From Octopus vulgaris (lineage: Eukaryota): a DNA stretch of 64,000 nucleotides. The notes under the pieces were generated by a model. That model was not told the DNA's origin and ran no database searches. It saw only the letters and a program-made list of their open reading frames with translations. The stretch is taken from assembly GCA_951406725.2 (NCBI GenBank), contig OX597816.1, forward strand, positions 175,770,001 to 175,834,000, read 5' to 3'. The position numbers were made by a program, and so were the translations under genes. Positions 1-12,074 of the stretch are shown here, piece after piece. Each line of letters opens with the position of its first letter. The first letter of the stretch is position 1.

Positions 1-161
1 ATCAAATATACTGATTAGTATAGATTTACAACTAAAGAGGACATGTTGATAGACAAATAGATCTGTAGTGTGTGTAGTTAAGGTGTATGTGTGTCAACAT
101 ATGTATGTGTGGGTGCATGAATGAGATATACACTGAGTGTGTATGTGCACATGTGCATACT

Positions 162-221
<60 letters not shown>

Positions 222-373
222 CCTATGAGAATGTGTAACTGAGCATACCAACATTTGTGCATGCAGTTCTATGAATGTAAAATATATGAAAGCATTTCAG
301 CAGATACATATGCTTATACGTAAGTATGGATAAATGTACATATGTGTACTGAACCAGTATTCTCCTCACTCAC

Positions 374-469
374 ATTGGTATTTTTGGGAACTACTCTTTC
401 ACAGTAGCCAACAAGTTGTATTCCTTTATCACTTTCTGTCACTAAACCTACAGCTTGACCATGGCATGC
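374..469 (-). pseudogene. Degenerate, 5'-truncated PDZ C-terminal exon-like segment (probable scrib PDZ2 pseudo-exon)
   Basis: Minus strand reads ACHGQAVGLVTESDKGIQLVGYCERVVPKNTN|gtgagt, resembling the PDZ alphaB-betaF pattern ARHDxAVxLL...IxLxxxRE. Upstream is a TA/TG-rich tract with an in-frame TGA and no acceptor. Confidence 0.6.
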
Positions 470-533
470 ATACATATACATACATCATGCATGTACATGT
501 TATACATCAAATAAATAGCTATGGACTTACATA

Positions 534-922
534 TCTTTATATATAAAAGTAAGGTTGTGTGCTGTCTGTCTCCTACGATTTAGATTCCTAACTACTCCCA
601 CATTTTGCAGTGCAGTTTAACCAAAACCGGGTATCTTATAGTCGTGATTCATATCGAGCCCTTCTGGGTAGTAGCGCATGTCTACGATGAGTTTACGATT
701 TAAAAAAAAATTTACCATCAATTTTTCCCATTTTTAATGCATTTTTGGCATATATAAGGGAAGTAACTCTCTAAAAATTTATTATCAAATCTCAGAACGT
801 AAAAAACTACCCCCCCCTTTGCGGTTAGCCATATTGAGATGGCTATTATACTTTACATCTCTAAAAATGCTTATATAGTTATTTCCCTTATGAACCCGAG
901 CAACGCCGGGCGATACTGCTGG
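534..922 (+). mobile_element. Non-autonomous Helitron-like element
   Basis: A|TCTTTATATATAAAAG 5' end; 3' GC-rich hairpin (cccgagcaacgccggg) then CTGG|T; no TSD; homologous to 7189-7955. Confidence 0.75.
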
Positions 923-1249
923 TGTCATATATTTGTATGAAATTAAGAAAAGAAGTGAAGTAATTTCATAGCAATGTTTATACCTACCTATCTACAACAC
1001 AACTCATGAGAAGTTGTTGTGCATAATGTTTTACCTTCCATTAACTAATCCTTAATTTGAATTCAGACTACTGGTTACCATGGCAATGTGTAAAGAATAA
1101 TCCATTGAAAACCAAAATGCAAAAAGAAACACTAAATCAAGTACTACTACCACCACCACTACTAGAAAATGGATTTTCCACTGAATCACATGAACACAAC
1201 TATTAATCATCATCTTGTTTACTTTGCTTGGATTTGCTTCACTGGATTA

Positions 1250-1900
1250 TGCTGCTCATCATGGTTCTGTTTAAGTGTTTGGTAAACAGAGCAACATCCC
1301 GTGTCTGTACAAATTGATCAGTATATGGCTAGATAGCTGGCCCAAGCATATTCATATGAAAGTACCCATAAGAGTGTCTCACTAATGAGTACTTGCTTAT
1401 TCTTTTAGCAACATCCTACAAAGCATAAGAGTCTCTCTCGATTGACCAGATGTGATTGCAAGAAGAATGCTGTGCAATTTTTGGTTGGATGAGCTGTAAC
1501 ATGTGAGGGTAAGCCCCATCAAGCCTTATCTCCAGATGCTTGGCAAGTGTTCAGGCAGTGGAACCATACAATAGCATTGATTCCAGATACAAAAGAAACT
1601 TCTTTTAAGATCAACTGATAGTGAGGACTCGAAGATAACACTAAGGCCAAGAACTGCTCAAGCTTTTGCAGGATCAATTTTTACATCCTTTTCTGCAGAT
1701 GTAATGCTGCTTCTTATGTCTATGGAGGAGTCTAAAGGAGACTTGAAAGGATTTTAATTGTGCTTATTGATTCCTTCAGATTGACTGAACAAGATGTATT
1801 AAATGTTTGAGGCACTGACATAAAGACCATATCTCCAGGGATTTTCAAGGTCATGTAGAAGATATCAGTATAATCTGCATTTGTAATTGTGGTGGTAAAG
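1250..1900 (-). mobile_element. Heavily decayed RTE-type LINE 3' fragment
   Basis: Minus-strand remnants 'MLLYGSTA*TL' and 'RLDGAYPHML' match the RTE C-terminal pattern LLYGSExWTL...RLDGxYTRML. Confidence 0.45.
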
Positions 1901-3004
1901 CACTGAGTGTGATGGATTTTGTTGGTGAAGCAGAAGTTTTTTCTTTTTTAAACTTTTTTCAGTGGCAGTTCAAAAGACATAATCAAGGCAGATGATAAAT
2001 AGTAATGCTGCATCAAATTGTTGTTGAAACACACACAACCAGAACTTCAGAAGATCTTGCAAAGAAACCAAAATGAATTCAGGAAAAGTAGGTCAATTGT
2101 AAGGAAAATCTGAATTGTCAGGAAGATTATAGACAAGTCAGTGCTAAAAATTTACAGGCAGTCTTACAGTTTGTACATTTCTGAAGACCGAGATAAAAAG
2201 AGCAAATTCTTGCAGAAGGAATATGAACATTAACAGTAATAATGCTCGACAAGAACACAAGAACCAAAGCTTTATCACTTGATAAAGCCACTGATTTATA
2301 TTGGCATCAATGCAACTATCAGTAATGACTATCACGGATGATAGTCAAAGCCTAATGCAAAAAAGTAAATAATTCTAGGACATCATATGCATAGAAAACA
2401 ACAAGTTGTAAACAGTAATGAAATAAATTTAACTAACCAACAACCAATTGTTTAACCAGTACATCAAACAAACTATCAATTAGTTTGTTGGTTAGATATT
2501 TAATCAATTGACTATTAATAAGTTAGTGTTAATATTCAAATGCATGGAACATTAGAAAGCTACAGAAATACATATGAAGTGAAGAAAAGTGATATTAATC
2601 AATGACCAATATTATTTTCTTATTTGCAGCAAGTATAGGAAATAACATAAGCACAGCCTTTACCAACTTGCTGAAATAGTGATAAAAGCGTTACTAAGTA
2701 TATGCACAAGGTTTTACATTGACTGGTACGTGAAAAAAAAATGTTTAGAAATGAAATAATTCTGAGATGACACCCACATGAAAAACAATAGGTAAGTGAA
2801 ATTTATGCTGTATTGACGAAGCTATAAGAAGAAAATCAGAGTTGTCACCCATATTTGCAAGAAAAAAAAAATTAGTCTTTGATTAATGCTGCTTTTTGTC
2901 TACCACACATTTCTAGCGAGCATTTTTCTTTACCAACCTGCCTGGTACTAACCATCAGTCAGTATAGAGAATCAAAATGCCCACATCTACTTATTCATAT
3001 TTAA

Positions 3005-3224
3005 CCCTTTAGTGTTTAAACCGGCCATATCCGGCCAAAATATTCTACCTATTTTATGTTCAGAATAGTCAGGTATGGTCATTCATAGCTACCTTATTGT
3101 GTCATTTTAAAAATAAAGAATCACATCATTGAAATCTCAAAGCCATGAAATGATGCAAGATTAATTTTACATGGTGTGAATACATAAGCTTTACATTTTA
3201 TAGAATAATCTGAATGCTAAAGGG
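3005..3224. mobile_element. piggyBac-type MITE
   Basis: TTAA (3001-3004) | CCCTTTAG ... CTAAAGGG | TTAA (3225-3228). Confidence 0.85.
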
Positions 3225-3388
3225 TTAAATGAAAATATTGATTGCTAATAACAGGTGATTTCACTCGATAAACATTGATGTTTATCCAGTGATAACAGAC
3301 AACAATAGTGAAAGCTTTGATTTCCAGAAAGAAAATGGGAGGAAAGCATTGTCGACAGCCCCAGACAATGAAGTAGGCTAGCCCAATA

Positions 3389-5090
3389 TGTAGATATAGA
3401 GGGAGAAGTCTAGACGTCGAGGAGTTGAATAGAGGTCATCCAAACGTGCGATCTAACAGTGGCGATGAGGATTTTCATGGCACACACAGCCACTGTGCAG
3501 TATTACGATATAAGGCGGCGAGCTGGCAGAAACGTTAGCGCGCCGGGCGAAATGCTTAGCGGCATTTCATCTGTCGCAACGTTGTGAGTTCAAATTCCGC
3601 CGAGGTCGACTTTGCCTTTCATCCTTTCGGGGTCGATAAATTAAGTACCAGTTACGCACTGGGGTCGATGTAATCGACTTAATACCTATGTCTGTCCTTG
3701 TTTGTCCCCTCTATGTTCAGCCCCTTGTGGGTAATAAAGAAATAAGTATTACAATATAACAGTGGCGACGAGGTTTCGAATAGTACCAAAGTGGAAGAGT
3801 TACTGAAAGCAGATGTAAAACAATAACAGAAGTAGCAGCAGCAACTACAGAAGTAAACAGAATTGTTACTGCAGTTGAGAGACACAACAGAATCATTTTC
3901 AGCAGATGGTGTTGCAAATTGCATCGAAGAAGTTCACTACAATCCAGATGAAGGAACTACTTTTGCTGCATATTACAGACAATACGAAGACATATTCCCA
4001 GAGGAATGCAAGGGATGGTCTAGGGAAAGGAAGGAAAGGCTCCTTTTGTGAAAGCTTGCTACTCAGGAACACAAAAGTTTTGTAACTTTATTTTGCCGAG
4101 AAAGCCTGCGTTTTGATGAAACGATAAATATTTTGACTAATATGTTTAGCGAGAAAAGTTTGCAGTTTAACATTCGATGGGAATGTTTGAATTTTAATGA
4201 AAAACAAATCTGATGATTTTGTAACATATGCCAGCATGGTTAATAAGACTGGTGAAAAGTTTAAGCTGGAAGAATTAATGCCAGATATGTTCAAGTGCCT
4301 AATATTCGTTAAAGGACTAGTGGCAATGGAAGACGTGGAATTTAGAAAAAGAATATTATCAAAGTTGAATCAAGAAGTGAAACTCACTTTGCAAAAAGTG
4401 GCTGAGGAATGCCAACAAATAATAAACCTTCGAGATGATACAAGAAAGATAGAAGACAGGAATAATAATGTACAAATGTGTAAAGAAAGTACAGAAAGAA
4501 GGAAAAATTTTAATTCAAAACGGCACTATGGGTGCAGAGATCAACATTTGAGGAAAGATTGCCCCTTTAAAGATAAAACCTGTTTTAAGTGTGGTAAAAT
4601 TGGACATATACAGACGAAATGCCGGTCAAAGAAAATGGTAAAACAGAAGAAAGTCTACTCAACAAAAGAAAATTATACCAGACAAAACCGAAAATTTGTG
4701 TTGGTAGAAGTAAATGGGTTTCAGACCAAAATGCAATTAGATACCAGTTCAGACGCATCGATAATAAATAAGGCAACATGGAGTAAGATAGGCAGGCCGT
4801 TGTATAAAAAAAACTGCTAGGATAGCCCACGGTGTGTCAGGAGAATGAGTTCAATTCTTTGGCGAAATTTCACCAGAAATAAAACTTAAAAACAGGACGC
4901 AGAAATGTAAACTAATGGTATCTAAGAATACAATGAATCTGTTCGGGACAGATTTAATGGAAGGATTCAACCTGTGGGATCTATCACTGAGTACCTTATG
5001 TAACAAGGTGAATGCGTCATAGTCCGTGTCAGAGAAAGCATCAGAAAAAATGAAATTAAAATTGAAAAAGATGGATCTTAGAGTAGAAAG
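3389..5090 (+). mobile_element. Gypsy (Mag/K02A2.6-like) LTR retrotransposon relic: putative 5' LTR, PBS, disrupted gag with CCHC knuckle, protease; truncated before RT
   Basis: TG..CA putative LTR 3389-3761 followed by GTGGCGACGAG PBS-like motif. gag motifs YNPDEGTTFAAYY, DMFKCLIFVKGL, CFKCGKIGHIQTKC; protease MQLDTSSDASII; stops and frameshifts. Confidence 0.8.
3512..3744 (+). mobile_element. tRNA-derived SINE, family A, inserted in the Gypsy LTR
   Basis: aaggcggcgagctggcagaa head, B-box-like gagttcaaattcc; flanked by AGTATTAC(G/A)ATAT direct repeats; many copies in the window. Confidence 0.85.
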
Positions 5091-5180
5091 TAACAGTGAG
5101 TTCAAATCTCTCACTTGGTAACATAGCTTGGGGAGAAATGATCAAAAGCAAGCTAATCTATGCAAGATACACCACATACA

Positions 5181-5354
5181 GGCACAGGCATGGTTATATG
5201 ATAAGTAGTTGGCTTCCCAACCACATGGTTCCAGGTTCAATCCCACTGTGTAGCACCTTGGCAAAGTGCCTTCTGCTATAGCCATAGGCCAACCAAAGCT
5301 TTGAGAGAGGATTTGGTAGGCAGAAACTGAAAGAATCTGTGTGTGTGTGTGTGT
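5181..5354 (+). mobile_element. tRNA-derived SINE, family B, 5' half
   Basis: Homologous to 29290-29727; ggttcaatccc B-box; ends in (TG)n. Confidence 0.75.
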
Positions 5355-6760
5355 TTGATGGCAGACACTTCAACCTGCCAAGGCCACAGGCCAAAATCAA
5401 GGTGGAAGAGGACTCAGTGCATGGCTTCCTATTCATAGATGACTGCATACTCAATGCCACCACAGATGCTGGGATGCAACAGAACGTAAACTGCCTTTCC
5501 ACTGCCTGTGATGACTTTGGCCCTACAATCAGTACTCAGAGGGTGTGGAGGTGCGATGGCCCAGTGGGTAGGGCAGCGGACTCGCGGTCATAGGATAACG
5601 GTTTCGATTCCCCGACCAGGCGTTGTGAGTGTTTATTGAGCGGAAACACCTAAAGCTCCACGAGGCTCCGGCAGGGGATGGTGGTGATCCCTGCTGTACT
5701 CTTTCACTACAACTTTCTCTCACTCTTACTTCCTGTTTCTGTTGTACCTGTATTTCAAAGGGCCGGCCTTGTCACTCTCTGTGTCACGCTGAATATCCCC
5801 GAGAACTACGTTAAGGGTACACGTGTCTGTGGAGTGCTCAGCCACTTACACGTTAATTTCACGAGCAGGCTGTTCTGTTGATTCGGATCAACCGGAACCC
5901 TCATCGTCATAACCGACGGAGTGCTTCCACTCAGAGGGTAGAGCTCAGGCACCAACTTGCCCCGCACAAGCCATATGGGGAACCAACCATGACTGTCAAA
6001 GGGGATACCTTGAAAGTTGTTGATAAGTTCATGTACCTCGGCTGTATACTCTCCAGATCTGTGAACAATGACAATGGAGTTGATACATGCATCGCCAAGG
6101 GAAGCTACATGAATCAGTTTTGGAAAGGAGAGGTATTAGGCTGGACACCAACTTGACAAGCAGCTGTACTGCCTACACAACTGCACACCTGTCTTGGCCA
6201 GTTAATGAATGCTACACTGAAAAACTAAACCACTTCCACATGAACTGCCTGAGAAAGTTGTTGAAAAGCCACTGGCTAGACAATGTTCCTTATACAGAGG
6301 TGCTCTCTTGAACTGATCTACCAAGCATTTACACACTGCTGAGGAGAGCACAAGTCAAGTGGACAGGCCATGTGATATGCAACCCCACAAAAAACTGTTT
6401 CACAGTGAACTAGTGGAAAGCAAGTGGACAGAAAAAGTGTTTCAAGGACACACTTAAAGTTCAATGAAGACCTTTGAGATTAACCTAAATCCCTGAGAAA
6501 CCCAAGCACAAGACTGCCTTGCCTGGTAAAGCTGAACTAACAGAGGTGTCACCTGCTATAAACAGAACAGGGTTGCAGGGGTACAAAAAAATGTGAAGTA
6601 TGCAAGTGCAGAGTCAACTCTTTGCCTTCATCCCAACAGACTATCAGTGTCCAACCTATGGCACAGCATTCCAAGCACGCATCCAACTGATTGGCCACAG
6701 CTGGATACATCATGCCTTGTCTTCTCCCATCTAATATCCTTGGTCATGGTCAACAATGAT
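5355..6760 (+). mobile_element. Decayed RTE/BovB-like LINE (RT C-terminal half), interrupted by a SINE
   Basis: FLFIDDCILNA..MQQNVNCLSTACDDFG, VVDKFMYLGCILS, KLNHFHMNCLRKLL motifs across frameshifts. Confidence 0.75.
5545..5928 (+). mobile_element. tRNA-derived SINE, family C, with 11-bp TSD
   Basis: A/B-box-like gatggcccagtgg...ggtttcgattccc; ACTCAGAGGGT duplicated at 5534-5544 and 5929-5939. Confidence 0.85.
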
Positions 6761-7188
6761 GCATGGTCTAAAGAAAAAAAAATTGTTAGTCCCCACCATT
6801 GCTTGACAACTGGTGTTGGTTTGTTTATTTCCTTCTAACATAGCAGTTTGTGAAAAGAGACTGAGAAAATAAGTACCAGGCTTAAAAATAAGTACTGGGA
6901 GTTGATCTGTTTGACTAAACCCTTAAACTAGTGTGGTCACAATCCAATGATTGAAACCAGTAACAGATACTTGAAGCTCCTAGAACGGTGGCTACATGAC
7001 TCCTCCCCCTACCACCCTTATATATTTTAAGCTAAATCTTAGAACAACATATTTCAAAGGTGTAATAACCAGGGTGGAAATGATAATCAAATACTTCATA
7101 TGATGACATTAGTGCTATACTCTCTTTTATAGATGTTAAACTAATCAGGGCTAGTCAACAACAAGCATTGCTTTGTGCAGAATATATA

Positions 7189-7955
7189 TCTTTATATATA
7201 AAAGTGAAGTTGTGTGTCTGTCTCCTACGATTTAGATTCCTAACTACTCCCACATTTTGCGGTGCAGTGTAACCAAAACCGGGTATCTTATAGTCGTGAT
7301 TCATATCGAGCCCTTCTGGGTATTAGCACGCATCTACGATGAGTCTACGATTTTAAAAATAATTTACCATCATGTTTTTCCATTTTAATGCCTTTTTTTC
7401 ACTACTATATAAGGGAAGTAACTCTCTAAAATGTCTACGATGAGTCAATGATTTTAAAAAAAATTTACCATAATTTTTTTCCCATTTTTAATGCAATTTT
7501 TTGGCTATAACTCTCTAAAAATGTTTATATAGTTACTAGTAGTATCGCCCGGCGTTACTCGGGTTTGTAAGGGAAATAACTATATAAGCATTTTTAGAGA
7601 TGTAAAGTATAATAGCCATCTCAATACGGCTAACCACAAAGGAGTGGGTGTTACTGTAGCTTTTTACGTTCTGAGATTTAATAATACATTTTTAGAGAGT
7701 TACTTCCCTTATATAATAGCAAAAAATGCATTAAAAATGGGAAAAAAATTATGGTAAATTTCTTTTAAATCGCGCGCTAATACCCAGAAAGGCTCCATAT
7801 GAATCACGACTATAAGATACCCGCTTTTGGTTACACTGCACCGCGAAATGTGGGAGTAGTTAGGAATCTAAATCGCAGGAGACAGACACACAACTTCACT
7901 TTTATATATAGTTATTTCCCTTACAAACCCGAGCAACGCCGGGCGATACTGCTAG
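7189..7955. mobile_element. Non-autonomous Helitron containing an inverted copy of the same family
   Basis: Forward copy 7189-7535, inverted copy 7536-7910, then the forward 3' end to CTAG at 7955; homologous to 534-922. Confidence 0.8.
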
Positions 7956-8680
7956 AGTATTATATATTTCAACATTATTTGGTGCTATTCCTGCTTTTCC
8001 AAAGGTATCAGGCACTCAAAAGGAATTGGTTCTAATCAAGACAGGCTTGGCTCAACATGATGCTGCCTTAATCCTATGCATTTTATTTACTACTGCAATT
8101 ACTTTTATTATCATTATGTCACTGTCGTCATTGGTGTTGTTATAAGGACCAGGTGAGCACAGGGATCAATGCAATCAACTCCTCCCTACCATAATTTCAG
8201 GCCTTGTGCCTGTAACAGAATTTAAAATTTTTTTTAAATCGGCACAAGTGATACTAGTTTTATTGAACTTGGCAGTTTGGAAAGCAAGCAATCCTATTCT
8301 CATCTTACTTTATATAAACAAGAACATACACAAACCCACTGGCACAAGGCTGCACATTTTCAGTACAAAAAGCACTAATTTTATCAATGAAAGACAATAT
8401 CGGTTTTGCAGAGTTTGAACACAGCACATAAAGATATGCAGCTAAATACCTCAAAGCCAACACTGCCATTTCAGTCTATAACTGCCTTAATGATAAAGTA
8501 GTAACATTGAAAAACTTATATAAGATGAAAAAATTATCATGAACATTACCATCTTTTAGCATCTATATTTCCATGTTGGCATGGGTTGGATGGTTTGACA
8601 GAATCTAACAGATCAGAGGATGGTGTCAAACTCCAATATGTTTTGGCATGATTTCTACAGTTGGATGCCTTTCTCAATAC

Positions 8681-8912
8681 CTATTTCTTTATTACCCACA
8701 AGGGGCTAAACACAGAGGGGACAAACAAGGACAGACATAGGTATTAAGTCGATTACATCGACCCCAGTGCGTAACTGGTGCTTAATTTATCGACCCCGAA
8801 AGGATGAAAGGCAAAGTCAACCTCGGCGGAATTTGAATTCACAACGTAAAGCAGACGAAATACCGCTAAGCATTTCACCCGGCGTGCTAACGTTTCTGCC
8901 AGCTCGCCGCCT
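8681..8912 (-). mobile_element. SINE family A, inserted in an older RTE-tail element (about 8550-9010)
   Basis: Reverse complement of 3512-3744. Confidence 0.85.
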
Positions 8913-9384
8913 TAATACCAATTACTTTACAGCCCTTCTCAATACCAATTACTTTACAGAGTGTATTGGGTACTTTTTTTATGTCACCAGCACTAGTAAA
9001 GTCACTGAATAGCTCACAATACAAGACCCCTTGACTGAGAAGAAAGTGTAGTGTTGAGTGGGGTATTGAGAGGCAAATGTATGGCACGATAAGTATCTTG
9101 CTGTTGAAGAGATATATGGCCATGTCAGCTGGAAAAGGAGCAAAGATGGTGGTGATGGGATGTTCTCAATGTTTCAGAAATTTTCTGCAACTTTTTCTCA
9201 ATATTATCTGCATCAGTTACAGAAAAACAACTTCAGCTGAATCTTAAACAATTAAAACACACACATGCATACATTAACCAACCACAAGGTATCATAATAT
9301 TAAAATGATGAATCAAACTTAAAAAAGAATAGAGATTGTTAAAAAAAAAAAAAAATGAGATCTAGATTAAATCACTCCAAACAC

Positions 9385-10057
9385 TGAAGAATGTGATTTA
9401 AGTGCTTTTGCAGAAATACATTTAATGCTAATGTTAGAAAATTGATACAAAAAGGAACTGCAAATGGAATTGAATCTCAGACTAAAGAACTTCTGTGGTG
9501 AAAATTTTGTGACAAAATTTTTGTTGTCATTTCTTTTTTTTATATATTGCTATTCCTGAGAAACACCACCTTTGTCAGAAAATATGCCATGATGTTTTGA
9601 TAACACTTATAAATGACTGAAAGTTTTTTTCTTGAGTAAATAAATAAAAAAAAAAAAGATCAAGCTTCACAGACAATCACTTCAAAAGCAATTTACAAGT
9701 TGCAATGTCTCAGATGTCTTCAAATACTGAATTCTTATTTTTATATGAAAAAATAAATATAATACAAAAATTAAGTAAAAAGGAAGTAAATAATAAATAA
9801 AAGTGGCCACAATCTAATGACTGAAACAAATAAAAGAAATAAATAAAGTTTCTAAATAAAATTAAACTGTGGAATTTAATTTACAACTGAAGTTATTTTA
9901 TTTAGTGGTAGTTTTTGGTAAAGCCAGTCATTCTGAATTTTCACCACAGAAGTTCTTTAGTCTGAGATTCAATTCCATTTGCAGTTCCTTTTTGTATCAA
10001 TTTTCTAACATTAGCATTAAATGTATTTCTGCAAAAGCACTTAAATCACATTCTTCA
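9385..10057. repeat. Perfect 122-bp inverted repeat (arms 9385-9506 and 9936-10057, 429-bp spacer)
   Basis: Arms compared base by base with no mismatch found. Confidence 0.95.
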
Positions 10058-10349
10058 TGCAACAAAATTAATATAGCAACTGGAATTACTAACAAAAACA
10101 GACAATTTAGTGTGAGGTTCTATTTATTTTAATTCTACCTAGATTGAAGATAATGATGCAAATGGATTGAGTTTGGATCCCATCTATCTCAGGCTGAAAG
10201 AAACAACAACAAAACCAAACAAAAGAAGAGTAAAGGGCAACTGACTGATTTCTCAGAATCATGGGATCATTTAGAATGAACATGAAATAAGAGTTTATCA
10301 ATATTACACAAAGACATTTGTAAATGTCTTCTTTTCTAACTCGCTTAAT

Positions 10350-10689
10350 TCACTGAAGCTCCGGCGTCTGGTGACGGACTTGGTATACACCCACAAAGTT
10401 GTCAACTACCTCACCAATAACAACACTGAACACCTTTTTGATCTTCATGTGTCCAATACATGTGGACATGCCTACAAAGTCAGAAAACAACACAGCTCCC
10501 ATGACTTTCGGAAACATTTTTTCACGCTCAGAGTTGCTGAAGCATGGAATAAACTGCCTGCGTCAGTTGTTGACTGCCATGACACTGCATCCTTTAAGGC
10601 CCTCATGCTTTCCGAAATCCGCCCAAACTACACCTGATTATATATACACTTTAGATGAGTTGTAGTGCACCTGAGCACTGTACACAATG

Positions 10690-10720
<31 letters not shown>
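10350..10720 (+). mobile_element. CR1-clade LINE 3' end with (TTA)n tail
   Basis: TCGHAYKVRKQ...FRKHFFTLRVAEAWNKLPASVV....TASFK matches the CR1 ORF2 C-terminus. Confidence 0.85.
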
Positions 10721-10722
<2 letters not shown>

Positions 10723-11489
10723 GATAGATAGATAGATAGATAGATAGAGAGATCATAACTTTGCCCAGCATTATCCCATGTAATATAATGATTTAAAGTT
10801 TATTTTATGAAGCAGCGAAAAGCAACAGACATTGAATACACACAGAAACTAGTCACAAGGCACAGAAGACCTCAGCACCTATTGTAAACCTATTAAAATT
10901 GTAGGACAATCATAGAAACAGTATAATGTACTTTGAACTTAAAAGTACCAGTAGAAAGTGTAATATACCTTGCACCAATCTTGGTGGCAGAGAGTGTAGC
11001 ATTAAAAGTTTTAACCACAAATCATGCATATTCTTGAAATGGGTAGAAATTAAATTTAAGGGAGAAGATTAATAAATTAAAGATGGAGAAGGGCACACAC
11101 AGTCTGAAATCAATTCACTGAAGACCAGTAAACTATTTCTTTATAAAAACCAATAAGAACAGTTTTAAAGCAACACAACAAACAATACCAAAAGATAAAG
11201 ATGAATTATGATAAATTGTTAAGTGTTATCTGTTGTGTAATATAATTACACAACAAAAAATGCTTAACCAAAAATGCCAGAATCTAGAAGCATGCATCAT
11301 TTTAAATGATTTTCTATAAAAAAACAATGAAACCAAACAAAATACCCAGCAACAGCAGACTGGACAATATAGGAGTTACAGATGACACTAGGAAAATCAT
11401 ACCATTAGAAGAATTGGTTCAGAAAACTGTTGGAGTTTATTAATTAGAAGTGGAAGAGAAATTAGACAATAACAGAGCGAGAAACTGAT

Positions 11490-12074
11490 AAGACATTTAT
11501 TACACACATGTGAGTGAGAACACTGAGATATTTTTGGTATCTAACATATGTCAGATACTGCGAGCGCTGCTTCTGATTGGTCAATCCATGGTGATGATCC
11601 GAGGTCACGGTGACGGCACTACTTTTGTCATTCATAAGTTACAACTAAACTTCATTCATTACTTTCACGTGTGTTATGTATTTCTTGAACGTGAACTTGA
11701 ATGTTAACAAAATGTTAAACAGTCATCAGTTTTCAGTCATTTCACCTGAAAACTTAGCGCTATAAAGTCGGACTATCTTCCTGCGGCATGACATCTTTTA
11801 CAGTTACACATTGTGACGTCACCGACGTGAAATCAAGCTGTATTCATGCGCGCTTCAACACGATGTGAAGAATTTAGTTATTGGGTTAATAAAATATGGT
11901 CATTTATTCGTGTGTAATAAATAAAATACCAAACTCATTCCCTATGGATACCGTATTTATTACAACGAGTGTCTTGTAAACGTATCTAACTCGCTTTCGC
12001 TTGTTAGATACATTTACAAGCCACTCGTTGTAATAAATACGGTATCCATAGGGAATGAGTTTGGTATTCTCTAT
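11490..12074. mobile_element. Unclassified non-autonomous element ending in a 144-bp hairpin
   Basis: CpG-rich island; hairpin 11925-12068 with two mismatches and loop tcgctttcgctt; 13-bp inverted repeat 11495-11507 / 11910-11922. Confidence 0.6.

Noticed and set aside
5545-5625. tRNA-like sequence with A/B boxes (also the heads of SINE families A and B)
   Set aside because: Continues into a SINE body and is flanked by a TSD; a SINE head, not a tRNA gene.
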